Shown here: positions 37,906 to 49,975 of the stretch, in pieces
Position numbering within the stretch: position 1 is the stretch's first letter
Layout of the letters: every line of letters begins with the position of its first letter
Assembly (NCBI RefSeq): GCF_030144855.1
Contig: NC_082710.1
Location: forward strand, 165,416,001 to 165,480,000
From: Hypanus sabinus
Lineage: Eukaryota
DNA: 64,000 bases
Reading direction: 5' to 3'
Position numbers and translations under genes: made by a program
Notes under the pieces: model-generated
Seen by the model: only the letters and a program-made list of their open reading frames with translations
What the model was told of the DNA's origin: nothing
Databases searched by the model: none

Positions 37906-39169
37906 CTCCACCATGGTACAAAATGAATATCAGCTTTATTGCTGAATACCTTCTGCGTAGTTTAAGCTCCAGTTCAGTTATCTTCCTGCTTGTGGTAGCT
38001 GCTTGCATGCACAGTCATATTTCTGTCGGTTATTCACTCAAATTCTGTCTCTGGTCTTCTCTTTGAATGAAGTGCTATTGTCAGTACAGTACCCAAGTAT
38101 TCACTAATTTGGTCAGTCACTCATGGTTTGTGTGTGAGAGACATCAGTAAGAATGTTGTCATTCCTGTGTTGTCATTCTGACTTGGTTAAAGTCAACAGA
38201 TGCCATTACACATGGAAATTTAAAACTGTAGTTTGAAAAGATCCCAGCAAATGCTTGAAAGACTCAGAGAGTTGGACAACATTAGTGGAAAGAAAAACAG
38301 TTATTGTTTTATATCAAAGCTAAACAGTGCTGCAAATATTTTATGGTATTTCCCAAATATAGAAATGTCTGCACGTCAGGCTTTGGAGAGAAATGTTTCA
38401 TGTGCTTTCAGAGGCAGAACTGATTGCACAGTGACTGGGATGAGGTTTGAATGACCAGTCTCATTGTCCCACTCCCTGATGGGTTTCAGGAACTGATCCT
38501 GGAGCTTCTCCCCTGCAATGGTCATGCTTACCCATTGATGAAATGAATCATCGTGGAAATTTCTCCTCATGAGCCTTGCAGGATGGCAATAGGTGGCTTG
38601 ACCCAGCAGGTCCATGGGATTTTTGTGTCCTGGAGACTTGGCTCACTCTGGACACCATGGATTCAATACATAGGCTGATTCAGAGAGGGCTAAAGGTGAG
38701 GGGGTGGCGGGGTAGTCTGTGTTCCATGATAAACTCTTTCAGATGCTCGGATCCTCTAACCTGGACCAATAGAGTTCTCCTCTGTCATCCTGACCACAGT
38801 ACTTACAGCCAAAAGCTGATGCTAAGCAAATTCTTGAGGTATTGGGTGCAACGATTAGTGAAAAAGAAGCATCCTACTCTGCCACCTTTCAAATAATTGT
38901 TGGGACCTTAAATCAGGCAGGCTTGCTTGAAGAAATCTCTGCCCAATTATAATCAACATATTTCCTGCAGCACAATGGTTCCCAACAAACTTGACCACTA
39001 TCTTACCATGATTAGGAATGCCTAGTGATCCACCCCTAGACAGCATTTCAGGAAATCTCATCACTTGGCTGTACTCCTACTGGCATACAAGCAGAGACAA
39101 AAGAGTAAGATGCCACATATAAGGACAACAAATAGGTGGTCACAGGAGACCAAGTAGCGGCTTCAGGAC

Positions 39170-40945
39170 TGCTTTGAGTTGGTTAACTGGGCTGTGTCCA
39201 AGAGCTCATTAGAGGGTCTGAACAAATACACCATGATTGTCACGGATTATCAGGTCTGGCAACAAGTGAAATACAAGAGGTCCAGGTATGATCTTCAGAA
39301 AGCCATCTCACATGCAAAGTGGCAACTCAGGACCAGACGTGAGTCACTGAAGGTTGCTCGACAGCTGTTGCAGAGCATGAATGCTATCACCTCCAGCGAA
39401 GTGAAAACAAGCACTATAGGTGATAACCACGTTTTATTTTCTCAATGCATTTTATACTTGCTTTGACCTTCTCCCTCAGCCCCCAACAACCCTGTGGTTT
39501 CAGTCTCTGAGGCTGATATGAGTTGCCTACCTACTTCAATTATCCCAGTGCCTCCAAAGAATGTGGTAATCTGCCTCAATGACTATTGTCCTGAGCACTT
39601 ACATCCACCGTGATGAAGTGCTTTGTGAGGTTGATGATGAAACATATCAACTCCTGCCTGAGGAGTGACTTGAATCCACTCCAATTTTCCTACTGTCATA
39701 ACAAGTCAACAACAGATACCATTTCTTTGTCTCTTCACTCAACCTTGGAACATCTGTTCAGTGAAGATGCAAACGACAGGGTGCTCTTCATTGACTACTG
39801 CCCAGCAATCAACACTATCAAACCAATTTGAAACCAATCACTAAGCATCATGACCTAGGCCTCAACATCCCTGTGTGCAGCTGGATCTTCGATTTCCTTA
39901 CTTGTACCCCCAGTCAGTTCCCATTGGAAACAACATCTCCTCCACAGTAACTATAAGTACAGGTGCACCATAAGGCTGTATACTTAGGCCCCTGCTCTAC
40001 TCGCTTTATACTTACGATTGTGAGGCTAAGCACAGCTCTAATGCCACATTTAAGTTGACTGATGACACCATTATCATGGGCCGAATCAAGAGTGGTGCCG
40101 AATCCATATTGGAATAAAAAAAACCAGGAGTTTATTGTTGACTACAGGAGGAGGAAAACAGAGATCCATGAGCTAGTCCTCACCCTAGTGGGGTCAGATG
40201 TGGACAGGGTCAACAACTTTAAATTCCCCGATGTTATCCTTTCAAAGGATCTGCCCTAGGTCCTTAGTGCCATTTGGAAGAAAATGCAGCAGCACCTCTA
40301 CTTCATAGAAGTTTGTGAAGATTGGGCATATCAACTAAAACATTGATGAATTTCTATTGCGTTGGAGAGTATATTGGCTGGTTGCATCATAGTCTGGTAT
40401 GGAGACACCAAAGTCCTTGAAAAGAAATGCCACAAAAAGTACTGGATACAGCCCAGTCCATGATAGGTAAAACCCTCCCCACCATTGAGCAAATCTATAC
40501 AGAGCAGTATAGCAGGAAAGCAGAATCCATCATCAAGAAGTCCCACCATCCAGGCTGTGCTCTCTTCTTGATGTTGCCATTAGGAAGAAAGTACAGGAGC
40601 CTCAGGACTCACACCAGCAGGTTCAGGAACAGTTATTAGCCTTCATCATCAGGCTCTTGAACCAGAGGGGATAACTTCACTCGCCCCATCATTGAACCTT
40701 TCTCACAACCTATGGACTCACTTTCAAGGACTCTTAATCTTGTGTTCTCAATATTTATTGCTTTATTTATTTATTATTATTATTTCCTTTTTTTTTCTTT
40801 TTGCATTTGCAGTTTTTTGCACATTGTTATCCATCCTGTTGAATGATTATCTTTGTGTTTCTTGTATTTACGATGACTGCCCACAAGAAAATGAATCTCA
40901 TTTGATGACATATATGTTCTTTGATAATAATTTTACTTTGAACTT
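39170..40945 (+). mobile_element. Rex1/Babar-type LINE, degenerate RT and 3' UTR
   Basis: MKCFVRL..PLQFSY..NKST.D RT segment (ORF 39610-39831) and C-terminal ORFs 40062-40639. Confidence 0.8.
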
Positions 40946-40959
40946 GAACTCTTGCTCAC

Positions 40960-41240
40960 TGGATGATTTTTTTCTTTCTCATGCAATTCTCTGTAAACCC
41001 TCGAGATTGTTGTGCATGAAAAAACCAGATCAGCAGTTTCTGAGATACTTAAACCACCCCACTTGGCATCAACAATCATTCCACGGTCAAAGACATTGAG
41101 ATCACATCTCTTTCCCATTCTGATCTGAACAACTGAACCCGTTGACCATGTCTGCATGCATTTGTGATTTGAGTTGCTACCACATGATTGGCTGATTAGA
41201 TATCTGTATTAATGAGCAGGTGGACAGATGTACTGAATAA
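40960..41240 (-). mobile_element. Tc1/mariner fragment
   Basis: ORF 40933-41157 reads MGKRCDLNVFDRGMIVDAKWGGLSISETADL, a Tc1 transposase HTH-like N-terminus. Confidence 0.75.
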
Positions 41241-41941
41241 AGTGATGACTGAGTATGCCTTTTGTAGTTTATGGGACCTGATCTTTCTCCCACCATTTCT
41301 CTTCTCCACCCTGTACTTTGCTGTCAAGGTCATTCTCCTCATTCCAAACTGCCTTTGAGAGAAGTGCTGGTAAGCTGCCTTCAGGACAGTTTTAGTCCTT
41401 CTGGGAAAGATGCCCGCACAATGGTGTTGGGGAGGGAGTTCTAGGCTTTAGAGCCAGCAATGATAAATGTTGTGCCAATGCAATTAAACTGTGGCAAGAA
41501 AGACATAAACTTCTGGAGGAACTCAGCAGCTTCTGTGAGGGTAAGTAATGATGTATCATTTCAACCCAAAACATTAATCGACCCCCCCCCCCATAGAAGC
41601 TGTTTGAAATGCTGATCTCCTCCAGCAGATTGTTGTTGCACTATGTATCAGTAACTGCAGTCTCACATGTCAGCAAGAAAAATGCACTGTGTATTCACAG
41701 CCTTGCGTGGAGCAGAGCTGTTCTATCAGAAATCCACTTTTGTGTTTTAATTGTCTTCCTCCAGGGTCATTAGATACCATGTGTGCCACTGAGGTAAAAG
41801 AGCGTCATGTGGTGGTGTTCTTTTGTGCCTGCTTCCCCTTGCCCCTCAGATTTGGGACCCTGCTAGAGTTGCCATGCTGTGGAAATGTGGACACCAACAC
41901 ACCAGGACTAATGACCCTAATGATTTCTCCTTCTGTTTCAG

Positions 41942-42274
41942 TTCTGGCAGAGTCCGATGGGAATCTGGCTACTCGTCGTGTGGTGAATGGGATACTGGGA
42001 CAGTCAATCACTTTACAAGTACACGTGCCAGGAGAAAGCATTACAGCCATTACTTGGGATTACATGAATTCAACTAATCAAAAAAAGGTTAAATTATGTG
42101 AGAAATATCCAAACAATCCAATAAAATGTTACAGACAGAGGATCACGTTAAACCCGGAGGACTATAGCCTGGAAATACAGAACCTAACAGACAGTGACAA
42201 AGGTCTGTATGAAATAAATCCAAGGACCAGTGCAGATGTCCATGAAGAAGTGGTGGTGGAACTGCAAATTTATG
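41942..42274 (+). CDS. CD2/SLAM-like V-set exon V2 (intact)
   Basis: tttctccttctgtttcag|...TATG|gtaata, 333 nt, phase 1-1, same V-set motifs as V1. Confidence 0.9.
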
Positions 42275-43274
42275 GTAATATTACTTTAATTATAATATAT
42301 ATTCTGGTCTGACATTTTTAGAGTAGTGAGAGATGAAAGGGGAGATGTTTGTGGTCTGAGCTGAAGCCTGTGGGACACACGAGTCAGAGGGAATACTGAA
42401 ACTCTGCTCAGATGCACACTTGCTTTTGTGAAGGACCCGGACTGAAGCACCGTCTGTTTACTGTACATACGGCTGGCAAAATAATTGGATGGTTCCTTTC
42501 TGGGAGGGAACACTAAGCCATCTCAGAATATGATCTCTTAAAATAAATACTTGCTGCCACCTGCGTACTCATCCTTTTGTCCCAGAAACCACATTGGTCA
42601 GTGGTGAGAGGGGACATCAGCAGCATTTACCTCTCCTCCTTACTGTTTGGAAGGAGAATTGTACAGTGTAGAAGAGATGTGAAAGTGAAGGACAGGAGAG
42701 AAAGGTTCAGGTCTATTGAGCTTGCTAACTGAACATCCACATGAAACAGAGGTAACATGGAAAAGAAATGTTCCTAGTTCTCACAAAGTTGTTCATACAA
42801 ATTCCATTTTAACCTCCTTATTTACAACATGACATACATGGGAGTTTTAACTAATTGTCAGCAGTACAGTTCCAAGGATGGATGGGTTTCTATACAAGAG
42901 ACTGAGTAGTGTACACCTGTATTCCTAAAAGTTCAGAAGAATGAAAGGTAATCTCACCAAAACTTATGAAACAAATCTGATAGATCTTCATAGAGTGGAT
43001 GCTTGGGGGAGTTTCTGTCCAACCTGAGAAGGCTAGAGTCAGACTAAGGGGTAGGTCTACTCTAGAAAACTGGGGAGACTTAATTATTAACCTCAATCAA
43101 TACTGAAGTAGACAGAAATTTTGTATATAAAATGAACATAGGATGGGGTAAAAATGTTGATGTATTGCGGAGCAGGCTTCTCCTGGCCTTATATCAAGGT
43201 TCTTGTGAGAGGCTCATAACTAATATCTGTTGTTGACAAACCATTATCTTTATTTGTCTTTTTCTTATAAACAG

Positions 43275-43565
43275 AATGTGTATCAACACCCATAATAATT
43301 AGCAACCAAGTTGACTTAGATGAGGTATGTAACATCAGTTTGCACTGTTTACTGGAGCGTGGCTCGGAGCCAGTTTACACTTGGTGGACAGGAGATGATG
43401 AGGTCATGGCCGATGAGTCACACGTACTGACTGACAGAGGGAGAAGACTGGAATTGTCCTTAAGGCTGAATGATAACAACACAGTGTACAACTGCACAGT
43501 GAGGAACCCTGTCAGTGAGGCAACTACGAGTGTGGATCTCAGAAAGATCTGTCTGGTCACTGAAG
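43275..43565 (+). CDS. CD2/SLAM-like C2-set exon
   Basis: aaacag|AA TGT...GAA G|gttggt, 291 nt, phase 1-1. CNISLHC, YTW and YNCTVRNPVS plus a terminal Cys match the SLAM/CD2 C2 signature. Confidence 0.92.
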
Positions 43566-44309
43566 GTTGGTGCATTACTTCTTCAACACCTGTAAATCTT
43601 TCTCAAATAGTGGCAGTTATATATTTCCGTTCCATTCTAAGCTCAATATCCATACAATGGATCAGGTCAGGTCTGAGATAGATCAGTGATTTTTAGGAAT
43701 GTGCAGCTTGAGCTATTTAGCTCCAATCTAAATTTTGCTGTCCTATTCATTCTGGCCTGATCTATGGGTCAGTCAGAGCTTGACGGCAGCCTGTTCCTGT
43801 TCTTGGAGCTTGCCGATCAGCTGCATTTCAATATAACCAGGAGAGGCTTGGAAGATAGTGCCTTCAGGTTGTGACCTTGCGCGGCCTTGTTGACCTGATT
43901 TCTCGCCAATGTCAAAAACTGAAGCATCATGGGGGACCGAAACATCTAAACAATGGGTTCGACTGTCAGAGGCGTCTGCACTTGGGTGATCACTCTATCT
44001 CTGTCTCGATGGTGAATGAAAGGCTGAGGAAACAAAAAAAACACTGTGCTACTGACTGTAACAGCAAAACAGCAACTGTTTGTCTCTCTATTACAGTGAA
44101 ATATGTGATATCTGCCTCTGCCTAGGTGAGAGAGAGAGAGCTTGAGGGATGTTGTACGGTATTCTTTTATGGATTGTAGACCATGGTCTTTCTTTGGGAC
44201 TTTGCTGTTTCTTGCATGATGGCTTGTGGGAGTGCTGATACTGTCTGCTAGAAAAAATGGGGAGAGGCTTGCTGTTGGTTGTGTGGGAGGGGACAAGGGT
44301 CTTTGGGGT

Positions 44310-45730
44310 TAGAAAACATAGAATAGAAAACCCACAGCACAATACAGCCCTTCGGCCCACAAGGTTGTGCTGAACATGTCCCTACCCTAGAAGTTACTGG
44401 GCTTACCTATAGCCCTCTATTTTTCTAAACTCCATGTACCTATCCAAAAGTCTCTGAAAAGACCCTATCGTATCCACCTCCACCGTGTTTGCCAGCAGCC
44501 CATTCCACGCACTCACCACTCTCTGAGTGAAAAAAACTTACCCCTGACATCTCCTCTCTACCTACTCCCCCGCACCTTAAACCTGTGCCCTCTTGTGGCA
44601 ACCATTTCAGCCCTGGGAAAAAGCCTCTGACTATCCAGATGATCAATGCCTCTCGTCATCTTATACACCTCTATCAGGTCATCTCCCATCCTCTGTCGCT
44701 CCAAGGAGAAAAGGCCGAGTTCACTCAACCTATCCTCATAAGACATGCTCCCCAATCCAGACAACATCCTTGTAAATCCCCTCTGCACCCTTTCTATGGC
44801 TTCCACATCCCTCTTGTAGTGAGGCGACCAAAACTGAGCACAGTACTCCAAGTGGGGTCTGACCAGGGTCCTATATAGCTGCAACATTACCTCTTGGCTC
44901 CTAAATTCAATTCCACAATTGATGAAGGCCAATACACTGTATGCCTTCTTAACCACAGAGTCAACCTGTGCAGCTGCTTTGAGCCTCCTATGGACTTGGA
45001 CCTCAAGATACTGCTGATCCTCCACACAGCCAAGAGTCTTACCATTAATACTATATTCTGCCAACATACTTGATCTACCAAAATGAACCACTTCACACTT
45101 CTCTGGGTTGAACTCCATCTGCCACTTCTCAGCCCAGTTTTGCATCCTATCAATGTCCGGCTGTAACCTCTGACAGCTCTTCACATTATCCACAACATTG
45201 CTAACCTTAGTATCATCAGCAAACTTACTAACCCATCCCTCCACTTCCTCATCCATGTCATTTTTAAAAATCATGAAGAGTAAGGGTCCCAGAACAGATC
45301 CCTGAGGCACTCCACTGGTGACCGACCCCCATGCAGAATATGACCCATCTAGAACCATTCTATTCCTTCTGTGAGCAAGCCATTTCTGGATCCACAAAGC
45401 AACGTCCCCTTGGATCCCATGCCTCCTTACTTTCTCAAGAAGCCCTGCATGGGGTATGTTATCAAATGCCTTGCTCAAATCCATATACACTACATCTACT
45501 GCTCTTCCTTCATCAATATGTTTAGTCACATCCTCAAAAAATTCAATTAGGCTTGTAAGGCAGGACCTGCCCTTGACAAAGCCATTCCTAAGGTTCATAA
45601 ATCCTGCCTCTCAGGATCTTCTCCAACAACTTATCAACCACTGAGGTAAGACTCACTGATCTATAATTTTCTGCTCATTCTCTACTCCCTTTCTTGATTA
45701 AAGGAACAACATTCTCAACTCTCCAATCCT
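44310..45730 (-). mobile_element. CR1 RT and 3' end
   Basis: ORF 44558-45598 has GVPQGS and FADD. Confidence 0.95.
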
Positions 45731-46440
45731 CCAGAACCTCTCCCGTCTCCAGTTTTTCTGTCCTTCATTCTTTGGGATTTTCTTCTGTTTCGAGGTTGTC
45801 TGCAGAGAGTAAGATTTTCAGGTTGTATACTGCAGACTTTCTTTGGAACCACTGAACCCTTGAACTGTTGAACCCTCTATACTATTATCCAATCACTGTA
45901 TAATTATGCCCTTTATATTAGCCATTTCCGAATGGCTGTCCATACTTATCATTTTAAATATCTTGATGTATCCTTGATATTTTTCCATGAGCAGATTTTT
46001 CCATGGCTACAAGCCACAGATACTGGGCAAAAGGCACTGGCAATGGGAGGGAACATGCTATTGTATGGAGTGGTTGTGCTGTGCAATCAATGATGTGTAG
46101 GATTGATGGAAGCAGTCAATCTGGGTTTCCAATAGAGAAAATAATTTTCTTGGGCTGTGTGGAAAGTTCAAGGGAGTGAGAATGCCGGGATTTGCGGCTA
46201 GCTTCCTTCTGTGGTGTAGGGATTCTTTGTACTGCAGCTTCACGCATATGTCATCACAGGCATGTTACAGGAAATAAATGACATGTAAAATCTTTTTGTT
46301 CCTTCACTAAGTGTAAATGTCACACTTTGTATCAGTTCTCCTCTTGATCTCAGCTTCACCAGTCTGTTGTATTTCCTATTTTAAGACAAGTTTAACTCAT
46401 GTGCTGAGAAAATCACAGATGAATGTCCATCCCTTTTCAG

Positions 46441-46557
46441 GTGAGAAGCTACTGAAGCCACTCCACATTCGTTTAATTATTACCATTGTTCTGATAGCTT
46501 TCATCACAATTATGGTTTTCACTTTGTATTGGAAGAGAGAACTCAAGTTCAATAAAG
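46441..46557 (+). CDS. Transmembrane exon of the CD2/SLAM-like receptor (GC donor, or read-through to TGA at 46569-46571)
   Basis: ccttttcag|, phase 1; LIITIVLIAFITIMVFTLYW followed by KRELK; AAG|gcaagt. Confidence 0.8.
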
Positions 46558-46873
46558 GCAAGTACTCTTGAGTATTCTTATTAAGTCAGAATGTATACCC
46601 CTGGTAATGCCCATCAGAATAATTGTCCTCAAGTTAGTCTTTGTTAATGGGATCTTTCGCTTTAGTTCCCATCACGTATGGTCTCACTAAACTAGTGATT
46701 ATCACCGTGCAATTATTAGTGGAGTGAGGCTATACCACCTCCTGAGTAGGAAAGCAAATAAATCCCTGAACTGAGGGGATAACTATCCACAAGTTCCACC
46801 ATGTGTGCCGCGTGTTTAATGAAATTTGGTGACTACAAAATGTGGTGCTTTGCAAAGCGTGTCACTTCAGTTC

Positions 46874-47067
46874 TGCGGTAAACTAAGTATACCTGTCTGG
46901 ACACGCCCCTCTGCTGACTGCTCCTGTGGCTCCTCCCACAGACCCCTGTATAAAGGCGATTGGAGGCACTGCTCCTCCCTCAGTCTCCATGATGTTGTGG
47001 TCCCTTTAGCTGCTAATAAAAGCCTATTGTTCACCTCCCGTCTCCGAGAGTTATTGATGGTGCATCA
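46874..47067 (+). mobile_element. Short solo LTR (194 bp)
   Basis: TG...CA with a 5-bp TSD agttc (46869-46873 and 47068-47072), TATA-like gtataaa, AATAAA at 47015-47020. Confidence 0.85.
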
Positions 47068-49334
47068 AGTTCTGAACCCTTTTGCAGCTTGCCAAAGAGC
47101 ATCCCAAGAAAGTGCAGTGGCTCTCAACGCACGCTATCCATGGGAGTTTCCTTCTCTTCAGAATGGCCATCACCATTTCTCGGCCTGTCACTGCAGAAGA
47201 AAGCTTTTGCAGTGCCTGTCGGTCAGGCCTTGCTCCACACACTGTTTTTTACCCCATGGTTCCAACCCACAACATTGGACACGCACTCTGCCATCACCTG
47301 ATTGGAGCTACCTACCTGACTAGATAACCTCTCCCCCAGCTACAAATCTCAAATGTATCTCCACCCCCAAAACAACAGACCCCAGTTTCCTCTTTGTAAT
47401 GCAACACATAAAGGAACAGTCTTGCTTTGCATATTCTCCGTTGCCGGGGGTGTGGATTTCCCTGCTGTTCAGCAACCATCAGTGTACCCCTTATGGGATC
47501 TAAGAATATGCAGGGCCAAGGTGTGAACCACAATTGGGAGCTAGCTCAGTTCACAAAAGCAAGATCACTATTGAACGGATCCAAGGTATCTCATTCCTAA
47601 CAATGGTGCATTGCAGAAAAGCAATCTCTGTTGCTCTGAAGGGCCATGTAATGCAATCTGCTCTTAAAAGTTTTAGTGATGTTTGTATATCTGCATTCTA
47701 TTTAAACTAAATCACAGATAATGTAACTTCTTGACGGCGCTGCAAGGGTTTCATTAGTAACAGCAAATGTTTCTTGGATGTTGTACACTGAGGGTGGGGG
47801 CAGAGGAAACAAAGAGAGCACAGCACATAATCATTAGTTTAGAAGGTGCTGTAGAGAAGTAAATAAATCAATGCGGGAATTTTTCAATGGAGATTCAAGG
47901 TGATTAAAATGGCTATGAATTGGACAGTCTGAGGAACATCTAGACATCCTGAATGGAAGGAATGGTTCATGTTGCAGAAGTGAAATTCCAGTCTGTGAGT
48001 AAAGCAAAGATAATGGAAGTGTCCTCCTTGGTTTCCTGCTCCTGGCCCTATACTATCTGCAATTCAGTGGCTGAAGCAAAGGATGAGGGAAAGCAGGGAC
48101 AGCCAAGCGTTGGGAACATTGCCCATAGGACTCACCATTAACTTCATAAAGTCTGATTAGGCAGTTTTTATATCCATTAGCACAGAACACTGTTTGTATT
48201 GTGGAAACTGGAGGCAATTAGGGATGATAAACAAATCCTTTGGGCGGAAGATTCAGGGGTGACCAACATCATGATGTAAATGTCAATTCACATAGATTGG
48301 GCACAGGTGTTTTCTTAAATTGTACTGGCTGTGAAGAGTACTCCTAATTCATTTGACAATGAAGAACAGAATTCGAGCATGGTTGTTTATTTTTTCCTCT
48401 GAGGATAAGAGTTTATGATTTTCTCTGGTTCAAAGACTACTGTACAGCTTTGATACCAATGAGAAATAACTGGATACTTCATTCCTAGTGGAAGGTCCTA
48501 ATGCAGCTGGATGGCAGCTGGGTAGGTCAGTGAAAGGGAGTGCCCACAGTGTATCCATTAAGGATAAGGTCAGATTTCTCTGAGATGCCCTTGTGGTTGT
48601 GTAGTCAGTCACGTTTTAGAATGGAGAAGTTATGGCTGGTGGAAAGATTGAGCACAGGTAACGTTTAAGGGGAAAGATATTTAGAGAAAATATTTTCTGA
48701 AAGCAAAACAGAAGGGGTATACAGCACTTCTCCCTATAGATGCTGCCTAGCCTGCTGTGTTCTACCAGCATTTTGTGTGTGTTGGGGTATCCAGACATGG
48801 TTTTAACAGCAGTTGTTTTTTTTATTTAAAGCTTCTGACACTGAAAGGAGAAATAAATCAGTGCTTACGTTGTGATCAGGAGAACAAGCATTGTCAGGGA
48901 CCAGGTTAGTAGAAGCTGCAAATGTTTGTTGGATTTATGCTCTCATATTCTCTCCACTTTTGTCAGTTTCAGTATGAAATAACCAGTGATAACTTTCAAC
49001 AAGAACAAATTGTTCATACCCTGATCAGTTTCCTTCTTTCTCTGCCTGAACTTCCGTCTTCTGTCTGATGGTGTGGGTAGATTCCATTTGATAAAGGCTT
49101 TTTGCTTTTCACAAATGAATTGCAATTTCATTATGCCATGATGTTACAGTACATCTCACTCAGCACATTGCACCCACACCAGCCAAACAAATCCTCTCCG
49201 GCTCGGTCTGCAAGACTTTAGAATACAGCTCCTCAAATGTTAATGATCTAGAATTGGCACTGTACAGTTAACAAAAACTGAAGCTAGAGAGCCAAAAGCT
49301 CAGTCAGTTAGTATTAGAGGCAGAAAAATACAAT

Positions 49335-49975
49335 ATAGCAGAACTTAGCTTTAATGGTAAGACTGTTGGCAGCGTGGATCAGAGGGATCTTGGGGTCCGA
49401 GTCCATAAGACACTCAAAGCTGCTGCACAGACTGACTCTGTGGTTAAGAAGGCACACAGTGCATTGGTCTTCATCAATCGTGGGATTGAGTTTAAGAGCT
49501 GACAGGTAATATTGCAGCTATACAGGACCCTGGTCAGATCCCATTTGGAGTACTGTGCTTAATTCTGGTCGCCTCACTACAGGAAGGATGTGGAAACCAT
49601 AGAAAGGATGCAGAGGGGATTTACAAGGATATTGCCTGGATTGGGGAGCATGCCGTATGAGAATAGGTTGAGTGAACTCGGCCTTTTCTCCTTGGAGTGA
49701 CGGAGGATGAGAGGTGACCTGATAGAGGTGTATAAGATGATGAGAGGCATTGATTGTGTGGATAGTCAAAGGCATTTTTCCAGGGCTGAAATGGCAAGTG
49801 GTAGTGGAGGCGGATATGATAGGGTCTTTTAAGGGATGCCTGGATAGGTACATGAAGCTTAGAGAAATAGAGGGCTATTTGTAATCCTAGGTAATGTTTA
49901 AGGTAAGGACATGTTCGGCACAGCTTTATGGGCAGAAGGGCCTGTATTGTGCTGTAGGTTTTCTATGTTTCTATG
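49335..49975 (+). mobile_element. 5'-truncated CR1
   Basis: CR1 C-terminal sequence; 7-bp TSD atacaat (49328-49334 and 49976-49982). Confidence 0.9.
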
